The notes under the pieces were generated by a model. The model had not been told where the DNA came from. It searched no databases and worked only from the letters and a program-made list of their open reading frames with translations. A stretch of 64,000 nt of DNA, taken from positions 1,090 to 65,089 of the forward strand of contig CALFEO010000002.1 of NCBI GenBank assembly GCA_937949995.1, written 5' to 3'. Position numbers and translations under genes: made by a program. Positions 43,936 through 54,348 of this stretch are shown here, piece by piece. Origin of the DNA: an uncultured bacterium (GTDB lineage: Bacteria; Patescibacteriota; Patescibacteriia; 2-12-FULL-60-25). Position 1 is the first letter of the stretch. The number at the start of each line of letters is the position of its first letter.

Positions 43936-44400
43936 TTATTTAATTGCTTTGATTGTAAATTGCTGTATTCCTCCGGGAGTTTTAAACTCAACCTCTTCGT
44001 TCACTTTTGCTCCCAAAAAAGCCTGTCCCATCGGCGACTCATTGGATATTAAACCATTAATCGGATCAGCCTCCGCCGAACCGACAATTTTGTAAGTTTT
44101 TAATCCTGAAGCTGATTCAACCTCAACCGAAGAACCGATGCGCACAATATCGGAACTCGCGGATTCATCTATAATCGCAACATTTTTCAATATCTCTTCA
44201 ATTTCACGGATTCTGCCCTGAATGAAACCCATTTCATCTTTGGCGCTGTGATATTCCGCATTCTCTTTCAGATCACCCAAGGCCTTTGCTGATTCGATGC
44301 GTTCCGAAGTTTCTCGTACACGTACGGTTTTTAATATATGCAACTCTTCTTTGAGTTTATCCAAGCCCTCTTGGCTGAAATAATGTATTTGCTGTGTCAT
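43936..44400 (-). CDS. greA: transcription elongation factor GreA
   Basis: GDLKENAEYHSAKDEMGFIQGRIREIE and the C-terminal FKBP-like domain. Confidence 0.9.
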   Translation of the reverse strand: MTQQIHYFSQEGLDKLKEELHILKTVRVRETSERIESAKALGDLKENAEYHSAKDEMGFIQGRIREIEEILKNVAIIDESASSDIVRIGSSVEVESASGLKTYKIVGSAEADPINGLISNESPMGQAFLGAKVNEEVEFKTPGGIQQFTIKAIK

Positions 44401-44498
44401 ATAAACAAGACGAAAACACGCAAGAACCCTGCGTTAATGATTTATTTATTTCGTTAACAAAGTATAGTAACAAAAAATATGCCTGTCAAACCGATCAT

Positions 44499-46448
44499 TC
44501 ATTTTTGCAGCTGATACCAAGCATTTAAAATATCCCGTGTAACCGGGATGGCGGTTTCCGAACCCTCAATCCCCTCTTCCAATAAAACAGTCACCGTAAT
44601 CTGCGGATTATTATAGGGAGCAAAACAAGTGAACCAAGCATGATTCGGCATATCCGCTCGCCATTGAGCCGTACCTGTTTTACCGGCTATTTCAATGGGC
44701 ATATTAAGCAATCCTCTGCCGGATCCGTATAAAACGGTATCTCTCATTCCGGCTCTGACAATATCAATGGCGCCCGCTTCAGCCACCGTCTGATCCGGTA
44801 ATTGCATAGGGTGCTTCAATTTATATTCATCATAAGCTTCTCTATTCAACACCAAATGCGGACGAATTCTCTTACCTCCATTGGCAATTACCGCCGTTGC
44901 CGCCGTAATCTGCAGCGGAGTAACCAATAAATCCCCTTGTCCTATTGAATAATTATAAGTATCTCCGATATACCAACGTTCATTTCGTTTTTGCACGCGC
45001 CATTCCGGCGTAGGAACCAGACCCGCGTTTTCCCCAAAAATATCCAGCCCCAGCTGCGAACCGAAACCGAAAACATTCAACCACTCGGCCATACGTTCCG
45101 CACCCATTCCTTTAAATGATTCGGTACCTCCTCCGATTGTGTAAAAAAAAGTATTTACAGACCAAGCTATCGCCGATCTTACGTTTGTCAAACCATGCCC
45201 TCCGGGTTTCCAATCCGGAAACAATCTGGCGCCAACCCAAATGCCACCGGTTGACATGATTTTTGTGTTCGCGCTAATTATGCCATCAGCTAAAGCCGCA
45301 ACTGCATATATCGGCTTAATTGTAGATCCTGAAGGATACAAACCGGCCCAAGCCCTTGGAACGAGCGGCGTATTGGTATCATTTAATAAAGCTCCGTACA
45401 CCGTGCTGGAAACTTTACCCGAAAAAGCATTATTATCATAAGCCGGCCATGATACTATGGCCAAAATTTGACCGTCATTTGGATCCATTGCAATTGCCGT
45501 AGCTCGACTTATTCCTTCATTTTCAACAATCGCTTTCTTAATCGCATCCTCCGCGGCTTTTTGTAATTTTAAATCTATGGTCAATTCCAAAACTTTTCCG
45601 CTGATCGGATCAGTCTCTTGTACTGAACGAATCTTTTTGCCGTATGCATCGACTTCAACAACCCTCTCACCTCTCAAACCCCTCAACCAAAACTCATAAG
45701 ATGCTTCTATGCCCGTTTTTCCAATCATATCGGTTCGCAAATATCCGTTGTCTTTTTTTTCGGCATACTGCTCCGGAGAGATACTGCCGACATACCCAAG
45801 CACATGAGACAAAGATGGAATCGCCTCCGAATATCTGTATTTTCGCTTTAAACCGTTAATAACAGAAATTGCATTGGATTCCGACAAAGCGATTTTCAAA
45901 GCTATCGCTTGCTCATAGGGAATATCTCTAACCAAATACACGGATTTATCCCACTCGCCCGCCGCAGATATTATTTGATTGATTTCCGCCAAATCCGTAC
46001 CTGTAATTCTTGCCACATGACCTAAAACTTCACGTCGATCCAATTCTTCCGCAGGCAAATCCAACGGCTGTACAATAACGTCAAAGGTTGATTCGTTTTC
46101 AGCCAAAGCCAAACCGTTTCTGTCTACGATAACGCCCCTTGGAGGATTTGTCATTTCATAACGGTAACGATTTGCATCGGCTTTGGCTTGATAATAATCA
46201 TGTTTGATTGATTGCAGCCAAAAAGCACGCAAGATCAATAAAAATACAACCGCGATCATTAACATTCCGGCTATAATAAATCTGCTCAAAGGAATCGCCG
46301 TGCCTAAAAAAATAGGTCTGTCGGTAATTTTTGTGGCATCTTCTTCATACATTATTTCCGCGGCCACCTGTCCTTCGCTTTTAACCGAAACCTTCAAGCC
46401 GTATGGGCTTTCTTCGGGCCATGCGAATAATTTGCTTTTAAGATCCAT
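44499..46448 (-). CDS. mrdA: penicillin-binding protein 2 (elongasome transpeptidase)
   Basis: N-terminal TM helix, dimerisation domain, SGSTIKP, SVN and KTGTA motifs; adjacent to mreBCD. Confidence 0.85.
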   Translation of the reverse strand: MDLKSKLFAWPEESPYGLKVSVKSEGQVAAEIMYEEDATKITDRPIFLGTAIPLSRFIIAGMLMIAVVFLLILRAFWLQSIKHDYYQAKADANRYRYEMTNPPRGVIVDRNGLALAENESTFDVIVQPLDLPAEELDRREVLGHVARITGTDLAEINQIISAAGEWDKSVYLVRDIPYEQAIALKIALSESNAISVINGLKRKYRYSEAIPSLSHVLGYVGSISPEQYAEKKDNGYLRTDMIGKTGIEASYEFWLRGLRGERVVEVDAYGKKIRSVQETDPISGKVLELTIDLKLQKAAEDAIKKAIVENEGISRATAIAMDPNDGQILAIVSWPAYDNNAFSGKVSSTVYGALLNDTNTPLVPRAWAGLYPSGSTIKPIYAVAALADGIISANTKIMSTGGIWVGARLFPDWKPGGHGLTNVRSAIAWSVNTFFYTIGGGTESFKGMGAERMAEWLNVFGFGSQLGLDIFGENAGLVPTPEWRVQKRNERWYIGDTYNYSIGQGDLLVTPLQITAATAVIANGGKRIRPHLVLNREAYDEYKLKHPMQLPDQTVAEAGAIDIVRAGMRDTVLYGSGRGLLNMPIEIAGKTGTAQWRADMPNHAWFTCFAPYNNPQITVTVLLEEGIEGSETAIPVTRDILNAWYQLQK

Positions 46449-46974
46449 ATCGCCCTTTTTCGAATGGAATAAAAGTTAAAAAACGCTTGGTTAACAAAGT
46501 AACCGCTAAAAATAAAACTGAAATCGTAAACAAATCAATCAAAACGATTGGAATCATAAAAACAGCCGGTTCCGTAATAAATAATCTCCCCATTAAATAA
46601 TTGAATATTATGTAAGTCAAAATAATCATCAATCCGTCAAACAGCCGAGCCGTTAATACTAAAAGCCAAGATCCGTACAAAGATTTGTTTGTAATTGCGT
46701 ATTCTTGCACCATATCGATGATTAAAGCGGCAAGCAGCCATCTTGCCGTAATAAAACCCGAAGGAGTGGCCGCTATCAAATCCACGACAATCCCCGAAAC
46801 AGCCGCCGTCAAATACGCCGCCTGCGGTCTCTTCAATAAAAAACAAAATACCAAAAAAGGAATCGTTGGTCTGAAAAAAATAAAATACCCCGGCAATGAA
46901 CCCAGCATACTGGCTTCATAATACCCCAAAGCCAAAGCGGCTCCGGTAACCGCAATGTAAGAAGTTATTCGCAT
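46438..46974 (-). CDS. mreD: rod shape-determining protein MreD
   Basis: Small polytopic membrane protein between mreC and the PBP2 gene. Confidence 0.6.
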   Translation of the reverse strand: MRITSYIAVTGAALALGYYEASMLGSLPGYFIFFRPTIPFLVFCFLLKRPQAAYLTAAVSGIVVDLIAATPSGFITARWLLAALIIDMVQEYAITNKSLYGSWLLVLTARLFDGLMIILTYIIFNYLMGRLFITEPAVFMIPIVLIDLFTISVLFLAVTLLTKRFLTFIPFEKGRYGS

Positions 46975-46976
46975 AG

Positions 46977-47789
46977 TTATTCGGGTTTCAATACTTTAGG
47001 CAGTAAAACCGCAACTATATTCAAATATGCTGTTTGCACTACGGGCTCAATGTTCGCTTCTTTAAAAGGATCGGTTGATTCATCCCGTATTTGATTAATC
47101 ATACCCACAACCAAATCCGGCGGTATTTTTTCTTCAGTTCCCGAGGTAACCAAAATATCATTTACTTCAATCTCCTCTTCTTGCGGTATAAGCGTGGCTA
47201 AAGCCGTACCGTTGCCTTTGCCTTCCACCAATCCTATCAGCCTATGCTGGCCTGCCAAAGAAATGGCTACTCTGCTGGCGGGATCCGTCGTTAAAGTTAC
47301 AACCGCGGTTCTATCGAAAATTTTGGTAATTTTTCCAACATAAATACCGTCTCCGAAAATCACCGCCATTCCCGTTTCCAGACCGTTTTTCGAACCTCTG
47401 TCTATCATAAAAAAACCGCGCTCCGGCTGAACTGAACGACTGATGATATTGGCCACCACCGCCTCATAACCTTGCTGCTCCGCAAAACCCAACTTACGTC
47501 TCAATACTTCATTCTCCTCTTTTAAAGCATGCAACTGAACATAATCAACACTCAAATGCTGAATTTGCCGGTACAATTCATCTATCTGTTCCAAATAATC
47601 GGCATTTCCGGCCGCATGTTTTGCTTCTCTGCTGACAACAACTCCCGCTCTGGTTGCCAAAGACCCCAAAGGCGACAGCAATCTTCTGGCATAATCCTCC
47701 ACAGGATAAATGATTTTTGTTAAATGCAACAATAAAACGGCCAGAATAATTCCAAAAATAATCACTCCCGTTTTAATTTGTCTGGTCAT
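46977..47789 (-). CDS. mreC: rod shape-determining protein MreC
   Basis: ATG 47789 (MTRQIKTG). TM helix, coiled coil, beta-barrel region (VITGGLGGIFP-like GKITKIF...). Confidence 0.8.
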   Translation of the reverse strand: MTRQIKTGVIIFGIILAVLLLHLTKIIYPVEDYARRLLSPLGSLATRAGVVVSREAKHAAGNADYLEQIDELYRQIQHLSVDYVQLHALKEENEVLRRKLGFAEQQGYEAVVANIISRSVQPERGFFMIDRGSKNGLETGMAVIFGDGIYVGKITKIFDRTAVVTLTTDPASRVAISLAGQHRLIGLVEGKGNGTALATLIPQEEEIEVNDILVTSGTEEKIPPDLVVGMINQIRDESTDPFKEANIEPVVQTAYLNIVAVLLPKVLKPE

Positions 47790-47794
47790 AAAAA

Positions 47795-48841
47795 TCAAAT
47801 AATCCTGTCCGAACTCGGTAAAGTGATATCAGCCAATAATTCCGGAGATTCCAATAACATTCCGGCGCCTCTGGCCACAGTTGTAATGGGATCCTCAACC
47901 ACCCTGACGGGTATTCCGGTTTGATCATGTATGGCTTGATCCATTCCTCTTAATAAAGCGCCTCCACCGGTTAAAATAATTCCCCTCTTATAGATGTCGG
48001 CCACCAACTCCGGCGGAGTAATTTCCAAAATGGATTTGATATGTTCAACAATGGATCTTACCGATCTGGCTATAGCCTCTCGTATTTGACCGTCCGTAAC
48101 AAAAATTTCTCTCGGCAAACCGGATAACAAATCACGTCCGCGCATGGAAACCTCCAATCTTTCTGTAAGTGGAATCGCTGAACCGACTGCTATCTTAACT
48201 TCTTCGGCAACGCGCTCTCCAAGCAATAAATTAAAAACATCCCTGGCATACTGAATAATATTTCTATTCATCTCATCGCCGGCAATCGGAATCGATTTTG
48301 CGGTTACTATTCCATTTAAAGAAATTACCGCAATTTCCGTAGTACCTCCACCAATATCGACTATCATATTTCCCACCGGCTCTGTAATCGGCAAACCTAT
48401 CCCGATGGCGGCTGCCAAAGGTTTTTCAACCAACATGAATTGGTAAGCTCCTGCCGACATAACAACATCTCCAACAGCCTTTCTTTCCACCTCTGTAACA
48501 TCAAGAGGGACACCAATCACCACTCTTGGTCTCGGTATAAACAATCTGTACTCACGATTAATTTTTTGAAAAAAATATTTAAGCATCTTTTCCACGACTT
48601 CATAATCCGAAATGATGCCTCTTTGCATGGGTCGTGACATGGTAACATGCTGCGGCGTCTTCCCTAGCATGGATTTTGCCTCATGCCCGATGGAAAGCAC
48701 TTGTCCGTTACGATTGTTAATGGCTACCACCGAGGGCTCGTGCACCACGATACCTCTTCCTTGCGCGTACAACAAAGTCGTGGACGTACCCAAGTCCAAT
48801 CCTATGTCTGTCGAAAATCTGTTTAACAATCTGTCGATCAT
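47795..48841 (-). CDS. mreB: rod shape-determining protein MreB
   Basis: ATG 48841 (MIDRLLNRFSTDIGLDLGTS). Actin-fold phosphate and adenosine motifs (DIGGGTTEIAV, ILTGGGALLRG). Confidence 0.9.
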   Translation of the reverse strand: MIDRLLNRFSTDIGLDLGTSTTLLYAQGRGIVVHEPSVVAINNRNGQVLSIGHEAKSMLGKTPQHVTMSRPMQRGIISDYEVVEKMLKYFFQKINREYRLFIPRPRVVIGVPLDVTEVERKAVGDVVMSAGAYQFMLVEKPLAAAIGIGLPITEPVGNMIVDIGGGTTEIAVISLNGIVTAKSIPIAGDEMNRNIIQYARDVFNLLLGERVAEEVKIAVGSAIPLTERLEVSMRGRDLLSGLPREIFVTDGQIREAIARSVRSIVEHIKSILEITPPELVADIYKRGIILTGGGALLRGMDQAIHDQTGIPVRVVEDPITTVARGAGMLLESPELLADITLPSSDRII

Positions 48842-48870
48842 AGCTGTAAGTCTGGCATAAGTTGCCAATA

Positions 48871-48922
48871 GCCAGTAGCTAGTAGCTAGTAGCTAGCAGC
48901 TAGTAGCTAGCAGCTAGCAGCT
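48871..48922. repeat. family D word-repeat (gctagtagctagcagc)
   Basis: (agct agt/agc)n tract directly upstream of mreB. Confidence 0.7.
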
Positions 48923-49012
48923 TGTATTTACTCATACTAAAAAACATCCTACAAGTGGATATCGTATACTTAGTGTCAAAATCAAGCCAATTGTTATGAG
49001 TATAAAAATGAC

Positions 49013-49402
49013 TCAACGCCGCTGGGCATCAATAAACACTAAAAATAAATACTCCAAACCTACCACGACCAATAAAAACGCCACCAGCGTATACCATCTT
49101 AGCCAATCATTCGCGGAAAAAATCAAAGTTATAACCGCAACAGACGAAAGCAAGAGCGCATGCCTGAAGGATACTCTAACCTCTTTAACCAACATTTCAT
49201 TTCTTTTACGAAAGCCTATCCTGTAAATCAAACCCAATAAAGTTATCATGCCGACCAAAGCTAAAAACAAAGTCACGAAGAAAAAAACCTTACCCAAAAT
49301 GCCGGCTTCATCAGGATTTACGGTTTGTAAGATAATAATCCAAGCCACCCAGGCCAAACCTGTTCCCAATCCCATTAATATCGCATACCACTTAAAACTC
49401 AT
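49013..49402 (-). CDS. small 4-TM membrane protein
   Basis: ATG ORF, four hydrophobic helices. The conserved promoter module lies immediately upstream. Confidence 0.5.
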   Translation of the reverse strand: MSFKWYAILMGLGTGLAWVAWIIILQTVNPDEAGILGKVFFFVTLFLALVGMITLLGLIYRIGFRKRNEMLVKEVRVSFRHALLLSSVAVITLIFSANDWLRWYTLVAFLLVVVGLEYLFLVFIDAQRR

Positions 49403-49409
49403 AACTCAA

Positions 49410-49456
49410 AACATTATAACATAAATACAAACAGTCGTAACGTCACAACAGATGAG
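49410..49456 (-). promoter_or_regulatory. conserved 47-nt promoter module (copy 1), near-leaderless
   Basis: 44 of 47 nt identical to 63415-63461. On the minus strand it reads ...GTTATAATGTT, with TATAAT ending ~10 nt before the ATG. Confidence 0.5.
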
Positions 49457-49545
49457 TTCATCAAGTATAAAGTAACAAGTTCCTCAAGAGCAACCAAAAG
49501 TACTCTTGATAAACTTTAGACTTTATGAACTTTCATCTTAGTCGG
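49450..49545. repeat. family A word-repeat hairpin
   Basis: gagttcatcaag...gttcctcaagag...ctcttgataaact...ttatgaactt. Confidence 0.65.
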
Positions 49546-49854
49546 TTAGTATCCCTTCATCTTCACATCAATTTTATAAACAACTCTTTTTCCCAATTGA
49601 TAATTCAAGGAATTCATGAAATCTATTCTTTCCACCTTCAAAGTCTGCACAGCCGCTGATGAACTTGATACCGCACGCAGTGTTCCTCCATCATTAAAAG
49701 CGTAAAAATTTATTTTTGACGCCATATCCTCTCCCCATCTCTGAATCAACAGTTTGACCGCTGAATCCAAAACCCGCTGAGCTGTAATTTGCTGAGCTAT
49801 TCCCGCTTTTTCAATGGTTTTGGGAATAATCGACTTCAAAGATTGCCAAGGCAT
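49546..49854 (-). CDS. DUF721 (DciA-like) protein
   Basis: ~100 aa. ...A.RV...W......A...........G.L.V.V.SS.......L....I...LN pattern of DUF721. Confidence 0.6.
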   Translation of the reverse strand: MPWQSLKSIIPKTIEKAGIAQQITAQRVLDSAVKLLIQRWGEDMASKINFYAFNDGGTLRAVSSSSAAVQTLKVERIDFMNSLNYQLGKRVVYKIDVKMKGY

Positions 49855-49866
49855 ACATACTGAACC

Positions 49867-50022
49867 AAATTATGAATTATGAATTATGAATTATGAATTT
49901 TGGAATCGAGCAAAGCTCGATATTCGAAATATATATTAATACCGAAGACCAGCTCAACTGGTCGAAGGCTGCATTAATTCTTAATTCTTAATTCTTAATT
50001 CATAATTCATAATTCATAATTT
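49867..50022. repeat. family B element: 26-bp perfect inverted arms (attatga/tcataat words) around two small hairpins
   Basis: 49867-49892 is the reverse complement of 49997-50022. The centre has atcgagc-aaa-gctcgat and gaccag-ctcaa-ctggtc. Confidence 0.8.
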
Positions 50023-50032
50023 GTGCGTGTGT

Positions 50033-52978
50033 CTATTTCCTATATTCGCAGATGTGTTTAAAATCACAAAATTTGCATAAAAACATCGAAGGCGTTGCCG
50101 GAAAAGATGATTTGATTATTTCATCCATCCTGTCCACCAGTGCCTCTTGAAATTTTATCTTATCCATTCCTTCCAGCAAAGGCACGTCCTCCATCACTTT
50201 TGATCTTACGAAAGAATATGCAAGACGTTTAACCGTAAGTCCTCGAGCCTCTGATGCCAGCTGATACAACCACAACTGTTCTTTATCCGTAAGCTCGGCT
50301 TTTTTGCCCTCTTGCCACTCTCCGGTTTTATAATCGATAATCGCAATCCCGCCCAAAACATCATCAATTCTATCTATTTTACCTTTAATGGAATGCTCTC
50401 CCAATCGCCAATCAAAACCTTGTTCCAAAGCTCTCACTTTTGGAGGGTTGGCGGTACATTCTTCCACAAAATATTTTACCGCTTTTCTCCCCTCTTCGAA
50501 ATATTCATCATGTAAATCTCTGCTTGTATACCAAGCATCAATCCAACTCTCCTCATATATCTTCAAAGCTTCATCCATGCTGACTGTAAAACCGGTTGTT
50601 TGTTGTATTTGAGGTACGCTATCAAATAAACTCACTTGTCTTACTCCGCTTCTTTCCAAATGTCTCGCCAAAATCAATTGCAAAGTCAAATGAATCGATT
50701 GCCCGAAACTTTTTTGATAAGAACCCAAAACCGGTATGCGATAAATATGCGCAAACTTATATTGCATGGGACAGTTTTTATAAGCCACCAATTGCGTAAA
50801 CGAAAATCTGCGTTTTAAAGGAAACACTTCCCGCCACGCTTCCGCCTCCAAAGCCCCGATTTTCGGTGCTTCCAACCCGTGCATATCTACCGCCTCTCTG
50901 GCCGGCGCCATCGGAACTTCCAACCCCGCTTCCGCAAAAAAAGCCGAAGGTTTTTTATCCCTTGCTCCACCATACGATTTGGCCCCGGTCAACACCAAAC
51001 GCCTTTTGGCGCGGGTCATCGCCACATAAAACAATCTCCTCTCCTCTTCAATATGCGCATCCCCTTCTTGCAATCTCTCTTGCACCAAACCATCAGGCAA
51101 AGCGATAGACTCCGATCTTTTGCGAGTTGGAAATCTCTGATCAACGAGCGACACCAAATACACCGTATCAAACTCAAGACCTTTCGAAGCATGCACCGTC
51201 ATTACTCTAACCATATCCGGCCCGCCTTCAGCATCTTGATGCAATGCGCCTTGCTCCCCGCTCTCAATCTCCATTCTCAATTCCTCTACAAACTCTTTCA
51301 AATTAGGCGCATTCGTGGAATATTCGTATCGTCTGATCCTGGAAACAAATTCATTCAACAGTGCTATTGATTCAACCTTATCTTTTTCCGGCTGTTTTAA
51401 AAGATAAGCCAAATAACCCGTCTGCTCCAACGCCGTATGCAAAACCGTTAATGGCGTATCTCTCCGGGCCGTCTCCGCCAATTTTTCTAAATTGCTTGCT
51501 AATTTTTCAAATCTTTTTACAACATCGGGATCTTCTTTTAAAAACAGCCTGACTTGCGGTAAAGCCTCGTAAAAAGTTATTCCCTTACGTTCCGAATATT
51601 TTAATAATTGCATGATACCGGCATAAGAAATCGGATAACTGGGCAGATGCAGCAATCGCCAAATAACCGAATTATCATGCGGACGAACAATCGAGGTCAT
51701 AAGAGCGATTACATCCAAAATAACAGGTTTGGTATAAAGTCCGCGCAAAGCGAAAAATTTATACGGCACACCGCGCCTTTCCAATGCCTGCACAAACGGA
51801 ACCGCGTCATCATTGGATCTGACCAAAATCGCATTATCGCTCCATGCCAGCTTTTCCGAATGTCTGTTCGCAATATCATCCGCCACCCATTCAGCCTCTT
51901 GTTGCACACTCGCATCCCAATGCACCAAGACTTGAGCTCCCGAACCCCGAAAAGCTTTAAGCTCTTTCTTAAGACCCTGATCCGCAAGCGATACTTCCAA
52001 TCGATTTGGATTATTCTTGGTTATCAAACAATAAGCCGTATCCAAAACTTCTTGATGCGATCTGTAATTATCAATCAAAGCGACTGTGGCGGTATCTTTA
52101 TAATCATCTTTAAACTGCAAAATGTTCGCCAAAGACGCTCCGCGAAATTTATAAATAGCCTGATCATCATCACCCACCACGGTGATATTCCGATCCGGCT
52201 CTGCCAAGAGCTTTATCAGCTCATACTGAGCCCAATTGGTATCCTGAAACTCATCAACCAGCAGATACTTAAACTGCCTGCGGTATTGATCCAAAACCGC
52301 CGGCCTCTCTTTAAACAATCTTAAAGTCTCCATGATCAAATCCCCAAAATCCAACACACCCTCATCACGCAAAATCTTTTGATAAGCCGCGTAAACATCC
52401 GCCAACTCTTTCAATCTCTTCTTCTCTCCCAAAACAATCTCCGTGTCACCATCCAATTTTACATTTTCCGCAAACTCAACATATCTATCCGGAGTTATTC
52501 CCTCATCTTTGGCTCTCGAGATATGCCTCAATAAAGCTTGCAAAAACTTAACCGGATTTCCAAGCGGTCGATAATAATCCAATGGCAATTCATCAAATCT
52601 GCGCTTCAACATCAGCCAAGCATCCGTATCGCTGACCAATCTGAATGTATTGGGAATCCCAATCTCCAATCCATGCGCTTCCAAAATTCTTTGGCATAAA
52701 CCATGAAAAGTATGAATCCAAAAATCATAAGTCCCTATGGGTAACATTTCCAATACCCTATCCTCCATTTCTTGCGCCGCTTTTTCTGTAAAAGTTACCG
52801 CTGCGATTTGTTCCGTGGTTAAACCTTTTTCTTGCATTAACCATACGCATCTCTTGGTTAAAACGGTTGTCTTGCCCGTGCCGGCTCCCGCCACGATTAA
52901 AAGCGGCCCCGTTTCATGGGTTACCGCTTTCTTTTGAGCTTCATTTAAATTTTCAAGAAGATTTTCCATGACCGACAT
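50033..52978 (-). CDS. UvrD/PcrA-type helicase fused to a C-terminal PD-(D/E)XK (Cas4/AddB-like, 4-Cys) nuclease
   Basis: AGAGTGKT Walker A, DEFQDT, helicase motifs. C-terminus: YKNCPMQYKF...IDRID...IIDYKTG...CKFCDFKHIC. Confidence 0.85.
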   Translation of the reverse strand: MSVMENLLENLNEAQKKAVTHETGPLLIVAGAGTGKTTVLTKRCVWLMQEKGLTTEQIAAVTFTEKAAQEMEDRVLEMLPIGTYDFWIHTFHGLCQRILEAHGLEIGIPNTFRLVSDTDAWLMLKRRFDELPLDYYRPLGNPVKFLQALLRHISRAKDEGITPDRYVEFAENVKLDGDTEIVLGEKKRLKELADVYAAYQKILRDEGVLDFGDLIMETLRLFKERPAVLDQYRRQFKYLLVDEFQDTNWAQYELIKLLAEPDRNITVVGDDDQAIYKFRGASLANILQFKDDYKDTATVALIDNYRSHQEVLDTAYCLITKNNPNRLEVSLADQGLKKELKAFRGSGAQVLVHWDASVQQEAEWVADDIANRHSEKLAWSDNAILVRSNDDAVPFVQALERRGVPYKFFALRGLYTKPVILDVIALMTSIVRPHDNSVIWRLLHLPSYPISYAGIMQLLKYSERKGITFYEALPQVRLFLKEDPDVVKRFEKLASNLEKLAETARRDTPLTVLHTALEQTGYLAYLLKQPEKDKVESIALLNEFVSRIRRYEYSTNAPNLKEFVEELRMEIESGEQGALHQDAEGGPDMVRVMTVHASKGLEFDTVYLVSLVDQRFPTRKRSESIALPDGLVQERLQEGDAHIEEERRLFYVAMTRAKRRLVLTGAKSYGGARDKKPSAFFAEAGLEVPMAPAREAVDMHGLEAPKIGALEAEAWREVFPLKRRFSFTQLVAYKNCPMQYKFAHIYRIPVLGSYQKSFGQSIHLTLQLILARHLERSGVRQVSLFDSVPQIQQTTGFTVSMDEALKIYEESWIDAWYTSRDLHDEYFEEGRKAVKYFVEECTANPPKVRALEQGFDWRLGEHSIKGKIDRIDDVLGGIAIIDYKTGEWQEGKKAELTDKEQLWLYQLASEARGLTVKRLAYSFVRSKVMEDVPLLEGMDKIKFQEALVDRMDEIIKSSFPATPSMFLCKFCDFKHICEYRK

Positions 52979-53033
52979 CTTAACTCACCGTCCGATCTTT
53001 AGCCAGAGATTGACTGACCTTCAATTTTACACG

Positions 53034-54167
53034 CTAGATGCCTCCCTTTGTAATAGCATCGCGAATTCTTTGCATCAACTCCAAATAAAACCTGATATTA
53101 ATCAAAGTTACAAGACGGTAAGCCAACATTTCATCAACACTGAACAGATGCCTGACGTATCCCAAGGTATAACGCTCCAATTCTTCATCAAAACTTGTTT
53201 CGATCACTCCCCTTGATTGCAATAGCGGTGTTTGATCTTTGCTGAATTTTTCATTAGTAACATGTACCGTCTCGTAAAAATCTTGTTTATTCAAATCATC
53301 ATGTAAAAAACGATACATCAAACCATGCCGTGCATTCCTGGTCGGTATCACACAATCCATCATATCAACTCCTCTTTTTACATATGCGACTATCTCGTGA
53401 GGTTTGGCTCCGCCCATAAAATAACGCGGTTTATCGTTCGGTAAAACCAAATCCAAAACTTCCACAACTTTACAAGCTTCATCAAACGGTTCCCCCACTG
53501 ACAAACCGCCGATAGCATAACCATCAAAACCTATATCCACCAATTCCTTGGCATGCGCGATTCTACGAACTTCATCCGTCGCTCCTTGATTGATGCCGAA
53601 TAATTTTGCCTTGGGATTATTTGATGTATCAAGATTGTATACAAAAGTCTCCTTACATCGCCTTGCCCATCTCGTTGTACGGGCAATTGATTCGTCCAAC
53701 TGATCTTCCGTATAATCCGGCGGCGTACACTCATCAAAAACCATAACTATATCTGACCCCAAAGTCTGTTGCACTTTCATCGAAAGCTCGGGCGTTAGCA
53801 CATGCTTGGATCCATCAATATGCGAGGCAAACTCCGCTCCCTCTTCCGCAATCTTCCTCATCTTCGACAACGAAAAAACCTGATAACCTCCGGAATCAGT
53901 AAGAATCGGTTTCTCCCAACTCATAAACTTATGCAAACCCTTAAACGATTCAATAACTTCCATCCCCGGCCTCAAATAAAGATGATAAGTATTTGATAAT
54001 AAAATCTGCGCGCCCAACTTTTCCATATCTTGCGAAGATAAAGTCTTCACCGCCGCCTTGGTCGCAATCGGCATAAAAAAAGGCGTCTGTAAAACCCCAT
54101 GCGCAGTCTCCAACTCCCCCCTCCGAGCTTTAGACTTTTCCGATTTTATTATCAGTTTGAAAGACAT
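53034..54167 (-). CDS. tgt: tRNA-guanine transglycosylase
   Basis: RRGELETAHGVLQTPFFMPIATKAAVK, DSGGYQVFSL, zinc-site region. Confidence 0.9.
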   Translation of the reverse strand: MSFKLIIKSEKSKARRGELETAHGVLQTPFFMPIATKAAVKTLSSQDMEKLGAQILLSNTYHLYLRPGMEVIESFKGLHKFMSWEKPILTDSGGYQVFSLSKMRKIAEEGAEFASHIDGSKHVLTPELSMKVQQTLGSDIVMVFDECTPPDYTEDQLDESIARTTRWARRCKETFVYNLDTSNNPKAKLFGINQGATDEVRRIAHAKELVDIGFDGYAIGGLSVGEPFDEACKVVEVLDLVLPNDKPRYFMGGAKPHEIVAYVKRGVDMMDCVIPTRNARHGLMYRFLHDDLNKQDFYETVHVTNEKFSKDQTPLLQSRGVIETSFDEELERYTLGYVRHLFSVDEMLAYRLVTLINIRFYLELMQRIRDAITKGGI

Positions 54168-54180
54168 ATACTTTTATTAA

Positions 54181-54342
54181 TGCCAAATGCCAAATGACGA
54201 ATGCCAAATATCGGTAACCCTGCGGGTTTTAATTTATATAAATTATATAAGCGTAGCGATACAATCATTTTACACTATGCATTATTCATTATGCATTAAT
54301 GGTACGCAATACAATAAGCTGGCATTCGTCATTTGGCATTTG
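54181..54342. repeat. family C word-repeat element (second copy)
   Basis: 54186-54232 is identical to 3331-3377 (47 nt); agcgtagcgatacaat is also shared; inverted arm tggcattcgtcatttggcatt. Confidence 0.8.
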
Positions 54343-54348
54343 TATTGA

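Noticed and set aside
50312-52937. Multiple + strand ORFs (e.g. 50879..51370, 51608..52324) inside the helicase-nuclease gene
   Set aside because: They lie antisense to a 981-aa ORF with complete UvrD and nuclease motifs, and their translations are low-complexity.
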